A program made the translations under genes and the position numbers. This document shows positions 25,727 through 34,112 of a stretch of 64,000 bases of DNA, in pieces. The stretch lies in contig QHYM01000103.1 of NCBI GenBank assembly GCA_003223295.1, positions 6,581-70,580 on the forward strand, read 5' to 3'. Below the pieces are notes generated by a model. That model did not search any database. It saw only the letters and a program-made list of their open reading frames with translations, and had not been told where the DNA came from. The stretch is from Acidobacteriota bacterium. Lineage in GTDB: Bacteria; Acidobacteriota; Terriglobia; Acidiferrales; UBA7541. Every line of letters begins with the position of its first letter. Within the stretch, counting starts at the first letter, position 1.

Positions 25727-26962
25727 TTATCTCTCAATCTCGATTTCGGTGGATCCGTCGGCGCCAGCGGACGGTTCGCCGGTTCGGCTTTCTTCAAGAA
25801 AGTCGGCCATCTCCAGGCGCAAATTCCCTGCATTGGTCGAGTAGGACATGCCCGCCTCGAAATCGACGATTCCGGCCCGAATGAGCTTTTCAATTTCTCC
25901 GTCGAAATACTGCATCCCCTCAGTCGTGCCGTCGCGCATGGCATCCAGAAGCGTTTTGCCTTCGCCTTCCCCTTTTTCGATATATTCGCGCGTGCGCATC
26001 GTGGATTTCAGAATCTCCACCGCAGCCACACGTCCGCTTGCGCCCTTTTTGGGAAGCAAGCGCTGGGAAATGATAAAGCGAAACGCTTTCGCCAGACGCG
26101 TGCGAATGGCTTGCTGATCGCTCAGCGGAAAAACTCCCACGATGCGCTCGATGGTCTTGGAAGCATCAATCGTGTGCAGCGTGGACATCACCAGGTGGCC
26201 GGTTTCCGAAGCTTCCAATGCAATCTCGATGGTTTCCCTGTCGCGCATCTCGCCGACGAGAATGACCTTGGGGGCCTGCCGCAAAGCCGCGCGCAATGCC
26301 AGCGCAAAGCTGGGCGTGTCCGAATGCAGCTCGCGCTGGTGGATCGTTGCTTTCTTGTGGCGGTGCAGGAATTCGATGGGATCCTCGATGGTGAGGATGT
26401 GATAGGACTTCTCCGCGTTCATCTTGTCCAGAATGGCCGCGAGCGTGGAGGATTTTCCCGATCCGGTTGGGCCGGTCACCAGGACGATGCCGTTCCGCAG
26501 ATCCACAATTTCGGCCAAGGTCGCGGGAAGATGCAAATCCTCGAATCCGGGGATTTTGTCCGGGATAACGCGCATCACGATGGCGCAGCTCCCGCGTTGC
26601 TTGAAAATATTCACACGAAAGCGCGCTACTCCCGTAAGCCCGTACGAGAGGTCCGCTGATCCTTCTTGCTCCAGTTTGCGAATGGGCGTTTCGTTTTTGC
26701 CCATGATGTCGCTGGCAATGAGGTCCGTGTCTTGCGCAGTGAGACACTCGAGCCCCTTGTACTTCAATTCGACGAGTTGACCGCTTACTTCGATTTGCGG
26801 CGCGCGGCCGGGCGAGAAAATCAGGTCACTGACATGCGGGCTCGCCTTCAGCATGGCTGTAACGAGCTGGGCCGTATGAATTTTCCTTTGTGGCGCAGGA
26901 ACCGATGACGGCGCAGGCGCTTGATCAGTTTGAGATGGGATCGTTTGCGTAGGTGTTCCCAT
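25727..26962 (-). CDS. pilT: type IV pilus retraction ATPase PilT family
   Basis: Walker A LVTGPTGSGKSSTLAA, HILTIEDPIEFLH, Asp box, GHLVMSTLHT. About 35 aa of N-terminal P/S/Q-rich extension and an acidic C-terminal tail. Confidence 0.9.
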   Translation of the reverse strand: MGTPTQTIPSQTDQAPAPSSVPAPQRKIHTAQLVTAMLKASPHVSDLIFSPGRAPQIEVSGQLVELKYKGLECLTAQDTDLIASDIMGKNETPIRKLEQEGSADLSYGLTGVARFRVNIFKQRGSCAIVMRVIPDKIPGFEDLHLPATLAEIVDLRNGIVLVTGPTGSGKSSTLAAILDKMNAEKSYHILTIEDPIEFLHRHKKATIHQRELHSDTPSFALALRAALRQAPKVILVGEMRDRETIEIALEASETGHLVMSTLHTIDASKTIERIVGVFPLSDQQAIRTRLAKAFRFIISQRLLPKKGASGRVAAVEILKSTMRTREYIEKGEGEGKTLLDAMRDGTTEGMQYFDGEIEKLIRAGIVDFEAGMSYSTNAGNLRLEMADFLEESRTGEPSAGADGSTEIEIER

Positions 26963-27112
26963 GTTGTGTTGTGATCCTTGTGAGGCCCGATGAGAGGAGC
27001 GGAGCCATCGCTAAAAGAGTCGACAGTTCATGTACCGGACGCCCCATTGTAGATGAGCGGGTAGAGCCGCAGCTTTCCAGCCTTTTGCATGATTGCCTGA
27101 GAGTAACGGCCG

Positions 27113-28666
27113 CTATTGTTTGGAAGCCACGTCGATGAAGGTGGCCACGTTCTTCTTGAGCTTTGCCAGGTCTTCATCGTGCACGTACATCATGTGCCCC
27201 GCTTCGTAGTATTGGTGCCAGATGTTCTTGCGGATGTTTTCCGGCAGCCCCATGTGGTCCACGGTGTACTCCGCTTCCATGAAAGGCGTCGCCAGGTCGT
27301 AGATTCCGTCTTCTACTTCCACCTTCAGGCGCGGATTCGAAATCATGGCTTGCACGAGATCCAGCACGACGCTGGGCGAGCCCGGGAAAAAGCCAAAATC
27401 ACCGCCTTCGTGTTTCCAGTCCCAGCGGTTGTTTTCGAAGTCCGCGGCCGGCTTGTACTTCTTGTCCTGCCCGAATTTCAGTTCTTCGCGGATGTACGTA
27501 TTAAACGCGCCGACGAACGCGCCACTGATGGCCGTATCCTGGGGGTCGTAATCCGCGGCTTCGCCGATCAGGTTGTAGGTTGGTCCGGCAAAGCGCGCGT
27601 CCAGGCGGCCCGTCGTCAACCCGCGGTTGCGCTGGAGTTCCTGCATGAACTGAAACAAGCGCACGCGCAGGTTGGCTTTGTCGAGATAGTCTTCGCTCAG
27701 TCCCGTAAATCGCGCCACTTTCTTAACGATCTCCGCCTTCTCCGCCTTGCTGAGCGCATCGCCCTTCATGAGGGCGTCTGCATATTCGCCCCGGGCGAAT
27801 TTCCGGGCTTCGTCGAGAAACGCGTTCAGGTTTTCGGGACGATCCTTCAGCGTCTTGTGGAACCACGCCGTGGCTGCATAGCTCGGCAGATAAAGGATGT
27901 AGGCGAGATCCTGGCCCGGATAGAAAGAGATGGTTCCCAAATCCAGCACCGAAGAGACCATAACGATTCCATTCAAGTACATGTTGTCGTGGCCCTGCAG
28001 GTAATTCGCGAGCGCCGCATTTCGAAACGTGCCGTAGCTCTCGCCAATCAGGAATTTGGGAGAGTTCCACCGGTTGTTGCGGCTGACATACGTTGTGACA
28101 AACTGCGCGAGCGATTTCACGTCGGGGTCGACGCCCCAGAAATCCTTATCCTGAGCCTTCCCGACAGCATGGCTGAAGCCCGTGCCCACGGGATCAATAA
28201 ACACAAGGTCTGACTTGTCCAGCAGGCAGTCCGGGTTGTCCATCAACTTGTACGGCGCGGGAGGCGTCACCCCGGCATTGATGGTCATCACTCGCCGCGG
28301 GCCCATCGATCCCATGTGCAGCCAGACGGATGCGGAGCCCGGCCCGCCATTGTAGAGAAACGATACCGGGCGCTGGCTCATGTCCTTCACGTCGCTTCGC
28401 GTGTACGCCGTGTAATAGATCAGTGCGGTCGGCTCGTCCTTGTCATTCTTGATGAGAATCGTTGCGGCGGTTGCTTTGTACGGAATCGTTTGGCCGCCGA
28501 TTCTAATCGTGTGATCGGTAACCGACGATTCTTCTTTTGGGGGCGGGGCCGGCGCTTCCGCGGGCTTCTCGGCGGGCTTGGACTCCTGTGGTCGCGCACT
28601 CATCTTACTTGCACTCAGCGCCATTACGGCTACAAGCAGGACACTTAGGTTCTTCACGGGGATCAT
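27113..28666 (-). CDS. serine carboxypeptidase, peptidase family S10, exported
   Basis: Signal peptide, then LYNGGPGSASVWLHMG, the catalytic-Ser motif FLIGESYGT and the C-terminal motif YEAGHMMY. Confidence 0.85.
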   Translation of the reverse strand: MIPVKNLSVLLVAVMALSASKMSARPQESKPAEKPAEAPAPPPKEESSVTDHTIRIGGQTIPYKATAATILIKNDKDEPTALIYYTAYTRSDVKDMSQRPVSFLYNGGPGSASVWLHMGSMGPRRVMTINAGVTPPAPYKLMDNPDCLLDKSDLVFIDPVGTGFSHAVGKAQDKDFWGVDPDVKSLAQFVTTYVSRNNRWNSPKFLIGESYGTFRNAALANYLQGHDNMYLNGIVMVSSVLDLGTISFYPGQDLAYILYLPSYAATAWFHKTLKDRPENLNAFLDEARKFARGEYADALMKGDALSKAEKAEIVKKVARFTGLSEDYLDKANLRVRLFQFMQELQRNRGLTTGRLDARFAGPTYNLIGEAADYDPQDTAISGAFVGAFNTYIREELKFGQDKKYKPAADFENNRWDWKHEGGDFGFFPGSPSVVLDLVQAMISNPRLKVEVEDGIYDLATPFMEAEYTVDHMGLPENIRKNIWHQYYEAGHMMYVHDEDLAKLKKNVATFIDVASKQ

Positions 28667-28744
28667 GGGCTCTCTCCTCGATGCAGACTGGGTTTCCGGG
28701 TTCGGTGAGGCTTGGAATTCTAGCTGTTTCTACGAAGCGCGTAA

Positions 28745-29458
28745 CTATTTTGTTCGACGCTGCAGCAGCAAAAACTCTTCCCTGCCATTTACAAACTCCG
28801 CGGACAATTCCGCGCAGTTATCAACAATCCAGTCGGCTCCCGCTTCGCGGAGCTCGGCGTCGCCGGCCGTCGTTCGTAACGCGATCACGCGCCCACCCGC
28901 GGCTTTGCCAGCGCGGATTCCGGCAGGGGCATCTTCGATGACCACACATTCCGAGCCGGGCACGCCCAAAATCTGCGCTCCCTTGAGGTACGGCTCGGGA
29001 TCGGGCTTCCCCTTTCTGATGTCGGTTGAAGTGACCATCTGCTTCGGCTTTGGCAGACCTGCTGTGCCGATTCGCACCTCCGCCAGTCGCCGCGTGCAGG
29101 AGGTTACGATTGCCCACTGTGCTGCGGGCAAGGCCTGCAGCAGCTCAATCGCTCCGGGCAAGGGAATTACATCTTCAACGTCCTCAATCTCCCGGCGTTC
29201 CACTTCGCGATTCTCTGCCTCATAGTCGCCATTGGGCAGCAGTTCGCGGATCGTCGCGATGCTCGGCCTCCCGTGCGCTTGCCGCACTACTTCGTCCGCA
29301 TCGAACCCGTGCTTGCGCGCCCACCAGGCCCACACCCGCGCCACCGCTGGAGTCGAGTCCACCAGCACGCCATCCAGGTCAAACAACACACCGCGACAAC
29401 GAATTGAATTCACTTGCACCTCATCGACGGATTTGCCCCGATGATTCGGAGCCGTCAT
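28745..29458 (-). CDS. HAD-superfamily hydrolase (beta-phosphoglucomutase-like subfamily IA)
   Basis: Motif I VLFDLDGVLVDS, motif II VTS, motif III/IV KGKPDPEPY ... VVIEDAPAGIRAGKAAG. Confidence 0.85.
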   Translation of the reverse strand: MTAPNHRGKSVDEVQVNSIRCRGVLFDLDGVLVDSTPAVARVWAWWARKHGFDADEVVRQAHGRPSIATIRELLPNGDYEAENREVERREIEDVEDVIPLPGAIELLQALPAAQWAIVTSCTRRLAEVRIGTAGLPKPKQMVTSTDIRKGKPDPEPYLKGAQILGVPGSECVVIEDAPAGIRAGKAAGGRVIALRTTAGDAELREAGADWIVDNCAELSAEFVNGREEFLLLQRRTK

Positions 29459-29512
29459 TGGGCCTCTGATGAGAATCTATGGGATCGAATGACCGGCCGG
29501 ACCGAAATACGT

Positions 29513-29589
29513 TGGGGTGGGAGATGGGATTTGAACCCACGACATTCGGAGCCACAGTCCGACGCTCTACCAGCTGAGCTACTCCCACC
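29513..29589 (-). tRNA. tRNA-His (anticodon GTG) with encoded G-1 and 3' CCA
   Basis: Manual fold of the reverse complement: G(-1)-GTGGGAG-TA-GCTC-AGCTGGTA-GAGC-G-TCGGA-CTGTGGC-TCCGA-ATGTC-GTGGG-TTCAAAT-CCCAT-CTCCCAC-C-CCA. The anticodon loop is CT-GTG-GC. Confidence 0.9.
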
Positions 29590-29770
29590 ACTGGAATGAT
29601 TCTCTAGTTTACGCTAAATCCGCGGCAGCGAAAAGCGTCCCCGGCCAAGGCGGCCAAGGGGCCAAGGGAGAGTGCGGGGCCGTTCCTCCGCCGGTAATCG
29701 CTACGTTGCAGCCTTGCGCACGCCGCGCCACCAACTCCACGCCTCTTGCTAGACTAAACGCAGAGGACTT

Positions 29771-31453
29771 GTGTCTTCGCGCATGAGCGCTCACCAAACC
29801 GACCGCAACCATTTCGAGCGGCAAATCCTCTTTGCGCGCCCGATTTTTGTTTTGCTCGCCCTCCTTGCCGCTCTCCAAGAACCTGTTTCTCGCCAGGAAC
29901 GCCGCTCGGTGTCCTTTCTCATTGCTTACCTCACCGTGGCCCTGGTGATCACGCAGATTGAGGGCCTGCTGCGACGCCGCTCGTGGCACCTGCCGCTGGT
30001 TTGTGACCTCCTGGCCCTCGGTTATTTCATGTTTATCAGTCCTTCGACCGTTCCCGTATGGTTTCCGTACATGTTCATCTGTTACGCAGCGGGCATTCGC
30101 TGGGGCTTCGACCTGACGCTGCCTTTGGCCGGCGCCCTTTCCCTGACGCTGGCTTTGCTCACCGCCGTGAAGGGTGAGGTTCACTGGATTCGGGTTGTTG
30201 CGTGGCTGGGTCTCACGGCAGCCACTTTTGCAGGTGGGGCGGGCCTGGCTTTTCTGGGCGATCGCAACAAGCGTTTTGCCTCCCAAATCGAGTTTTTCTC
30301 CCGCATCAACGCCACAATGCAGGTCGACCAGGGACTGGCGGAGTCCCTGCGCCTTTTTCTCCAAGAGCTTGGCCTCACTTTTGATGCTGAGGAGGCTCTT
30401 CTCCTTTATCGAGACGCGGATCTGGAGCGCATTTTCCTGTGGCGCATGAAGGCGGGCGAGAACGACCGCCTGGTTCCGGAGAGCTTGCCACTTTCTCGAA
30501 CGGACGGGTTTCTCCTGGACGACATGGACGCCACACTATGCTGGAATTCGCTCGTCGGCCAAGGCGCTGGCTTTGGCTGGGACCGCCGCGACGGCCGCAC
30601 GATCAAGAACCTGCCTCGGCTTCCCGGCCCCGTCTTGCAAGAATTCAAGATCAACTCACTTTTGACCGTTTCCTTCGATCAAGCGGGGCAGTCGACGGGG
30701 CGAGTCTTCCTGCTAAATGGTCGTAAACCATTCCAAAAGCAAGACTTAGCTTGGCTTGAAAGCATTGCCCAGCATATTGGTCCGGCACTCGAAAACATCT
30801 TCCTTCTGCGGCACCTTCGCGCCCGTGCCATCGAGGCTGAGCGGAGCCGTATCGCCCGCGACCTCCACGACGGTATTCTCCAGACCCTTCTGAGCATCGA
30901 AATCCAGCTCGACGTCCTCCGCCGTCGCGTTCCTGCCACTCCGGAACAGGCCTCCAATGCCTTGGCAAACCTGCAACAAACCGTCAAGAACGAGGCTGCC
31001 GAACTCCGTCAGACGGTCACGGACCTCCGCCCCCTACGCGTTCAAAGCGCCGACCTCGTAGACCTTATGCGCGGCTTTGCCGAGCGCTACCGCAACGAAT
31101 CCACAATTGCCCTCGATCTGCTTATCGATTCGACACAATTACGCGCTCCCGACCGGGTTTGCCGCGAGATTTTCCAGATTTACCGTGAAGCACTCAACAA
31201 CATAAAAAAGCATGCCAAGGCTTCCCATGTCGTGGTAAAACTGTCGCAGGATGACAGCCGTCTAGTACTTGTAGTGGACGACAATGGCGAGGGTTTTAGT
31301 TTTGCCGGCAGATTTACCGCCGACGAACTGGATCGCCTGCGGCTGGGACCCATTTCCATTAAGGAACGTTCTCGAACTGTGGGTGGGGTTTTGACCGTTG
31401 AGTCAAATCCGGGGCATGGGGCGCGTTTGACTATCGAAGTGCCTCTCGGTTGA
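29771..31453 (+). CDS. sensor histidine kinase (multi-TM, GAF-like, HisKA_3, HATPase_c; NarL-partner type)
   Basis: N-terminal hydrophobic helices, H-box ERSRIARDLHDGILQTL, N-box YREALNNIKKHA and G-box VDDNGEGF ... GHGARL. GTG at 29771 or ATG at 29783. Confidence 0.85.
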   Translation: MSSRMSAHQTDRNHFERQILFARPIFVLLALLAALQEPVSRQERRSVSFLIAYLTVALVITQIEGLLRRRSWHLPLVCDLLALGYFMFISPSTVPVWFPYMFICYAAGIRWGFDLTLPLAGALSLTLALLTAVKGEVHWIRVVAWLGLTAATFAGGAGLAFLGDRNKRFASQIEFFSRINATMQVDQGLAESLRLFLQELGLTFDAEEALLLYRDADLERIFLWRMKAGENDRLVPESLPLSRTDGFLLDDMDATLCWNSLVGQGAGFGWDRRDGRTIKNLPRLPGPVLQEFKINSLLTVSFDQAGQSTGRVFLLNGRKPFQKQDLAWLESIAQHIGPALENIFLLRHLRARAIEAERSRIARDLHDGILQTLLSIEIQLDVLRRRVPATPEQASNALANLQQTVKNEAAELRQTVTDLRPLRVQSADLVDLMRGFAERYRNESTIALDLLIDSTQLRAPDRVCREIFQIYREALNNIKKHAKASHVVVKLSQDDSRLVLVVDDNGEGFSFAGRFTADELDRLRLGPISIKERSRTVGGVLTVESNPGHGARLTIEVPLG

Positions 31454-31454
31454 T

Positions 31455-32120
31455 ATGGCAAAAACAAAACAGCAAATACGGGTACTACTAGCCGATGACC
31501 ACGCCATCTTTCGTGATGGCCTGCGCAAACTCCTCGAGTCCGACGAGGACATCACCATCGTCGGCGAAGCTCAAAATGGCGCGGAGTGCATCAAGCTCCT
31601 CACCAAGCTGAAGCCCGACATTCTTCTCCTCGATCTGCGCATGCCCGATAAAGACGGACTGGCCGTTCTCGAAGAAGTGAATTTTGACACGTTGCCCACG
31701 CGCGTCGTGGTGCTCACGGCGGCTGAAGACGATCGCGACGTAGTCCGCGCCATGCGTCTTGGCGCACGCGGCGTTGTCCTCAAGCAGTCCGCCACCGATC
31801 TCCTGGTCAAGAGCATTCATCGCGTGCATGCCGGCGAAATCTGGCTCGATAATCGCATGACCGCCGAAGTCATGAAGGCGTTTTCGAAATCTTCCGAAGC
31901 CGGTCCGCGCCGCGAGAAGCCTTTGCTCAGCGACCGCGAAAAAGAAATCGTTCAGCTGGTCGCTCAAGGTTTCCGCAATAAAGAAATCGGCGAGAAACTT
32001 TTCATTTCCGAGCAAACGGTCAAGAATCATCTCCACAACATTTTCGACAAGCTGGGCGTTTCCGACCGCCTCGAGCTTGCACTCTACGCGATTCATCATC
32101 GCCTCATCGATCATTCCTAA
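31455..32120 (+). CDS. response regulator, NarL/LuxR family
   Basis: REC domain (LLADDHAIFRDG..., DILLLDLRMPDKDG) plus a LuxR HTH (LSDREKEIVQLVAQGFRNKEIGEKLFISEQTVKNHLHNIFDKLGV). It starts 1 nt after the kinase stop. Confidence 0.9.
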   Translation: MAKTKQQIRVLLADDHAIFRDGLRKLLESDEDITIVGEAQNGAECIKLLTKLKPDILLLDLRMPDKDGLAVLEEVNFDTLPTRVVVLTAAEDDRDVVRAMRLGARGVVLKQSATDLLVKSIHRVHAGEIWLDNRMTAEVMKAFSKSSEAGPRREKPLLSDREKEIVQLVAQGFRNKEIGEKLFISEQTVKNHLHNIFDKLGVSDRLELALYAIHHRLIDHS

Positions 32121-32582
32121 TCGAACCGTATCGCGGATTTTGGGCAGGCGCCACGGACTCCGACGCAATCCTTGGAATTCTCAACGAAGCACAACACGCT
32201 CGTCTGTTTTTCTCTGGATGCGGCTCTCAGGTATTTCACTGGCGCGCAAACGCAGCGAAAGACCCGACGCCACGCAAGAAGAAAGAATCGGTGTGAAGAG
32301 CGCAAGAAAGAGTATTGCTGTGAAGAAAGGAACCGAGTCGGGGAAGGTTTGCAAGGACTAGTACCGCAGAAAAACCAACAAACGCATCGGAACAAGACAG
32401 ATAAGTCGCCATATCCCACGCATTTACAAAAAAAATCAGTAATGGCAGCGGGATTGCCCGCAAAAGTCACAGTGGATTCATAAAAGCTCCAGGGCGTTAG
32501 CTGGCGGGGCTATCTGCCTACTGAATTTGAATCTTCAAAAAAAGTGCGCAGGGATGTGCGCCTGAGCGATGAGGAGGACGAA

Positions 32583-33275
32583 GTGCATCGTCAGAGAGCG
32601 ACGGAAGTTTGCGAGTTGCCCGAAGCCAAGGTTATACGCATGGCGCAACGCGGGGACGATGGAGCGTTTGAGCGGCTTTACAGGCTGCATAGCGCCCGGG
32701 TCTATGCCTTGTGCATGCGCATGCTAAGGAATCCGGACGAGGCTGAAGATTCGACTCAGGAGGTTTTTCTGCACGTCTTCCGCAAGATTCAAGGGTTCCG
32801 AGGCGCCTCCGCCTTTTCCACGTGGCTGCATCGCGTGGCAGTGAACACCGTGCTCATGAGGCTTCGCGGATCCAAGCTGGCGAAGGCCACGCTGATCGAA
32901 GACATGGAAGGCACCGACGAAACCGGAATGGCGAGGCGCGAGTTGGGCGCGCCGGACTTGCATCTGGAGGGTTACGTTGATCGTGTGGCGATTGAAAATG
33001 CCATCAAGCAATTGCCACCAAGATGCAAAATGATGTTTGTGCTGTACGACATTCAGGGCTACGCCCATAGCGAGATTGCCAAACTGCTGGGATGTTCCGT
33101 GGGAAATGCGAAATCCCAGTTGCACAAGGCCCGTGTGCGGCTGCGGAAGCTTCTGCGCTCAGAGGCGGACCATCCCGAACTGGGAAAGTCGTCGTCAGGG
33201 GCACCGGGGCACAATACGGGCGACCTCGGCGGGAGGCCATTTCTACGCGGCACGGAGCTTTGCGAATCCGTGTAA
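32583..33275 (+). CDS. ECF-type RNA polymerase sigma-70 family factor
   Basis: Region 2 FERLYRLHSARVYALCMRMLRNPDEAEDSTQEVFLHVFRKIQGFRGASAFSTWLHRVAVN and region 4 MMFVLYDIQGYAHSEIAKLLGCSVGNAKSQLHKAR. GTG at 32583 lies 5 nt after GAGGAGG. The ORF-track start at 32544 is also possible. Confidence 0.85.
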   Translation: MHRQRATEVCELPEAKVIRMAQRGDDGAFERLYRLHSARVYALCMRMLRNPDEAEDSTQEVFLHVFRKIQGFRGASAFSTWLHRVAVNTVLMRLRGSKLAKATLIEDMEGTDETGMARRELGAPDLHLEGYVDRVAIENAIKQLPPRCKMMFVLYDIQGYAHSEIAKLLGCSVGNAKSQLHKARVRLRKLLRSEADHPELGKSSSGAPGHNTGDLGGRPFLRGTELCESV

Positions 33276-33405
33276 TCCCTTTCTCTACAAGCGTTTTCCC
33301 ACGACAGGAGCATGCCACGAGGCGCGCTTCTGCGCTGGAATACGCTCCCCAGAGTACATGACAAGTTAGAGGTTTACACTGATACTGGATTCGGGGAGCC
33401 GTATC

Positions 33406-33434
33406 TTGCTTTTGCCGGGAGGCGGGAATATACT
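33406..33434 (+). promoter_or_regulatory. sigma70-like promoter candidate upstream of rimP-nusA-infB
   Basis: TTGCTT (33406-33411), 17-nt spacer, TATACT (33429-33434). Confidence 0.5.
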
Positions 33435-33465
33435 CTAATTTCGCTCTGAAGCGGGTCGAACGGTT

Positions 33466-33492
33466 AAGTGGGCGCGAGCCCACTTTTTTGTT
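33466..33492 (+). terminator. rho-independent terminator/attenuator hairpin
   Basis: AAGTGGGC-GCGA-GCCCACTT followed by TTTTGTT. It lies about 30 nt downstream of the candidate -10 box and about 50 nt before the rimP start. Confidence 0.65.
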
Positions 33493-33543
33493 GGGGCCGG
33501 GCGGAGTGTGGTGCGGACCGGCTACGGCCGAGGAGTCTCTAGA

Positions 33544-34074
33544 GTGGATTTAGAGAAGATCCGCGCAGCCGCCGAGCGCGTGGCGCGTTCGGGAGGGCTG
33601 GAAGTCGTTGATGTCGAATGGAAAATCGGCAAGCAGCGATTCTTGCGCGTGTACATCGACCGGGTACCAAAGCCCGCGGCGGTGATTAGCGATGCCGCTG
33701 GGACGTTGGGCGCGGGCGAAATTGTGCATGACCCGTTTCCGAAGATTAGCCACGCGGATTGCGAGCGAGTGAGCCAGCAACTCAGCGTGATTTTGGACGT
33801 GGAAGACCTGGTTCCCGGGCCCGGGTACATCCTGGAAGTGAGTTCGCCGGGGATGGACCGGGCGCTGAAAAAGGCCGCTGACTTCGAGCGGTTCCGGGGA
33901 CGGCTGGCGAAGATTACCACCGCTGAGCCGGTGGGAGACGCAAAATGTTTTGAAGGGCGGCTGGCGGGATTTACGAACGGGAAAGTGCGGATGGAGTTGA
34001 AAGGGAAGGAAGCACGGACCGTAGAGTTGCCGCTGGAGGCGATCCGCAAGGCGAATCTGGTTGTGGAGTTTTAG
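33544..34074 (+). CDS. rimP: ribosome maturation factor RimP
   Basis: GLEVVDVEW...RFLRVYID ... LEVSSPGMDRALK are RimP signatures. GTG at 33544 lies 8 nt after GAGGAG. The ORF-track start is 33508. Confidence 0.9.
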   Translation: MDLEKIRAAAERVARSGGLEVVDVEWKIGKQRFLRVYIDRVPKPAAVISDAAGTLGAGEIVHDPFPKISHADCERVSQQLSVILDVEDLVPGPGYILEVSSPGMDRALKKAADFERFRGRLAKITTAEPVGDAKCFEGRLAGFTNGKVRMELKGKEARTVELPLEAIRKANLVVEF

Positions 34075-34112
34075 AGCTGGGGCGGGGGATTCTGGGGATT
34101 TAGGGACGCGAT

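Noticed and set aside
29643-29668. Three tandem copies of GGCCAAGG(c/g) upstream of tRNA-His.
   Set aside because: Only about 26 bp with no spacers, so it is far too short for a CRISPR array or a meaningful VNTR. It is probably chance or slippage in GC-rich intergenic DNA.
29459-29770. tRNA-His as an integration hotspot (looked for an integrase, att repeats or an island next to it).
   Set aside because: Flanking genes are ordinary (a HAD hydrolase and a histidine kinase). I saw no integrase and no repeat of the tRNA 3' end in the window.
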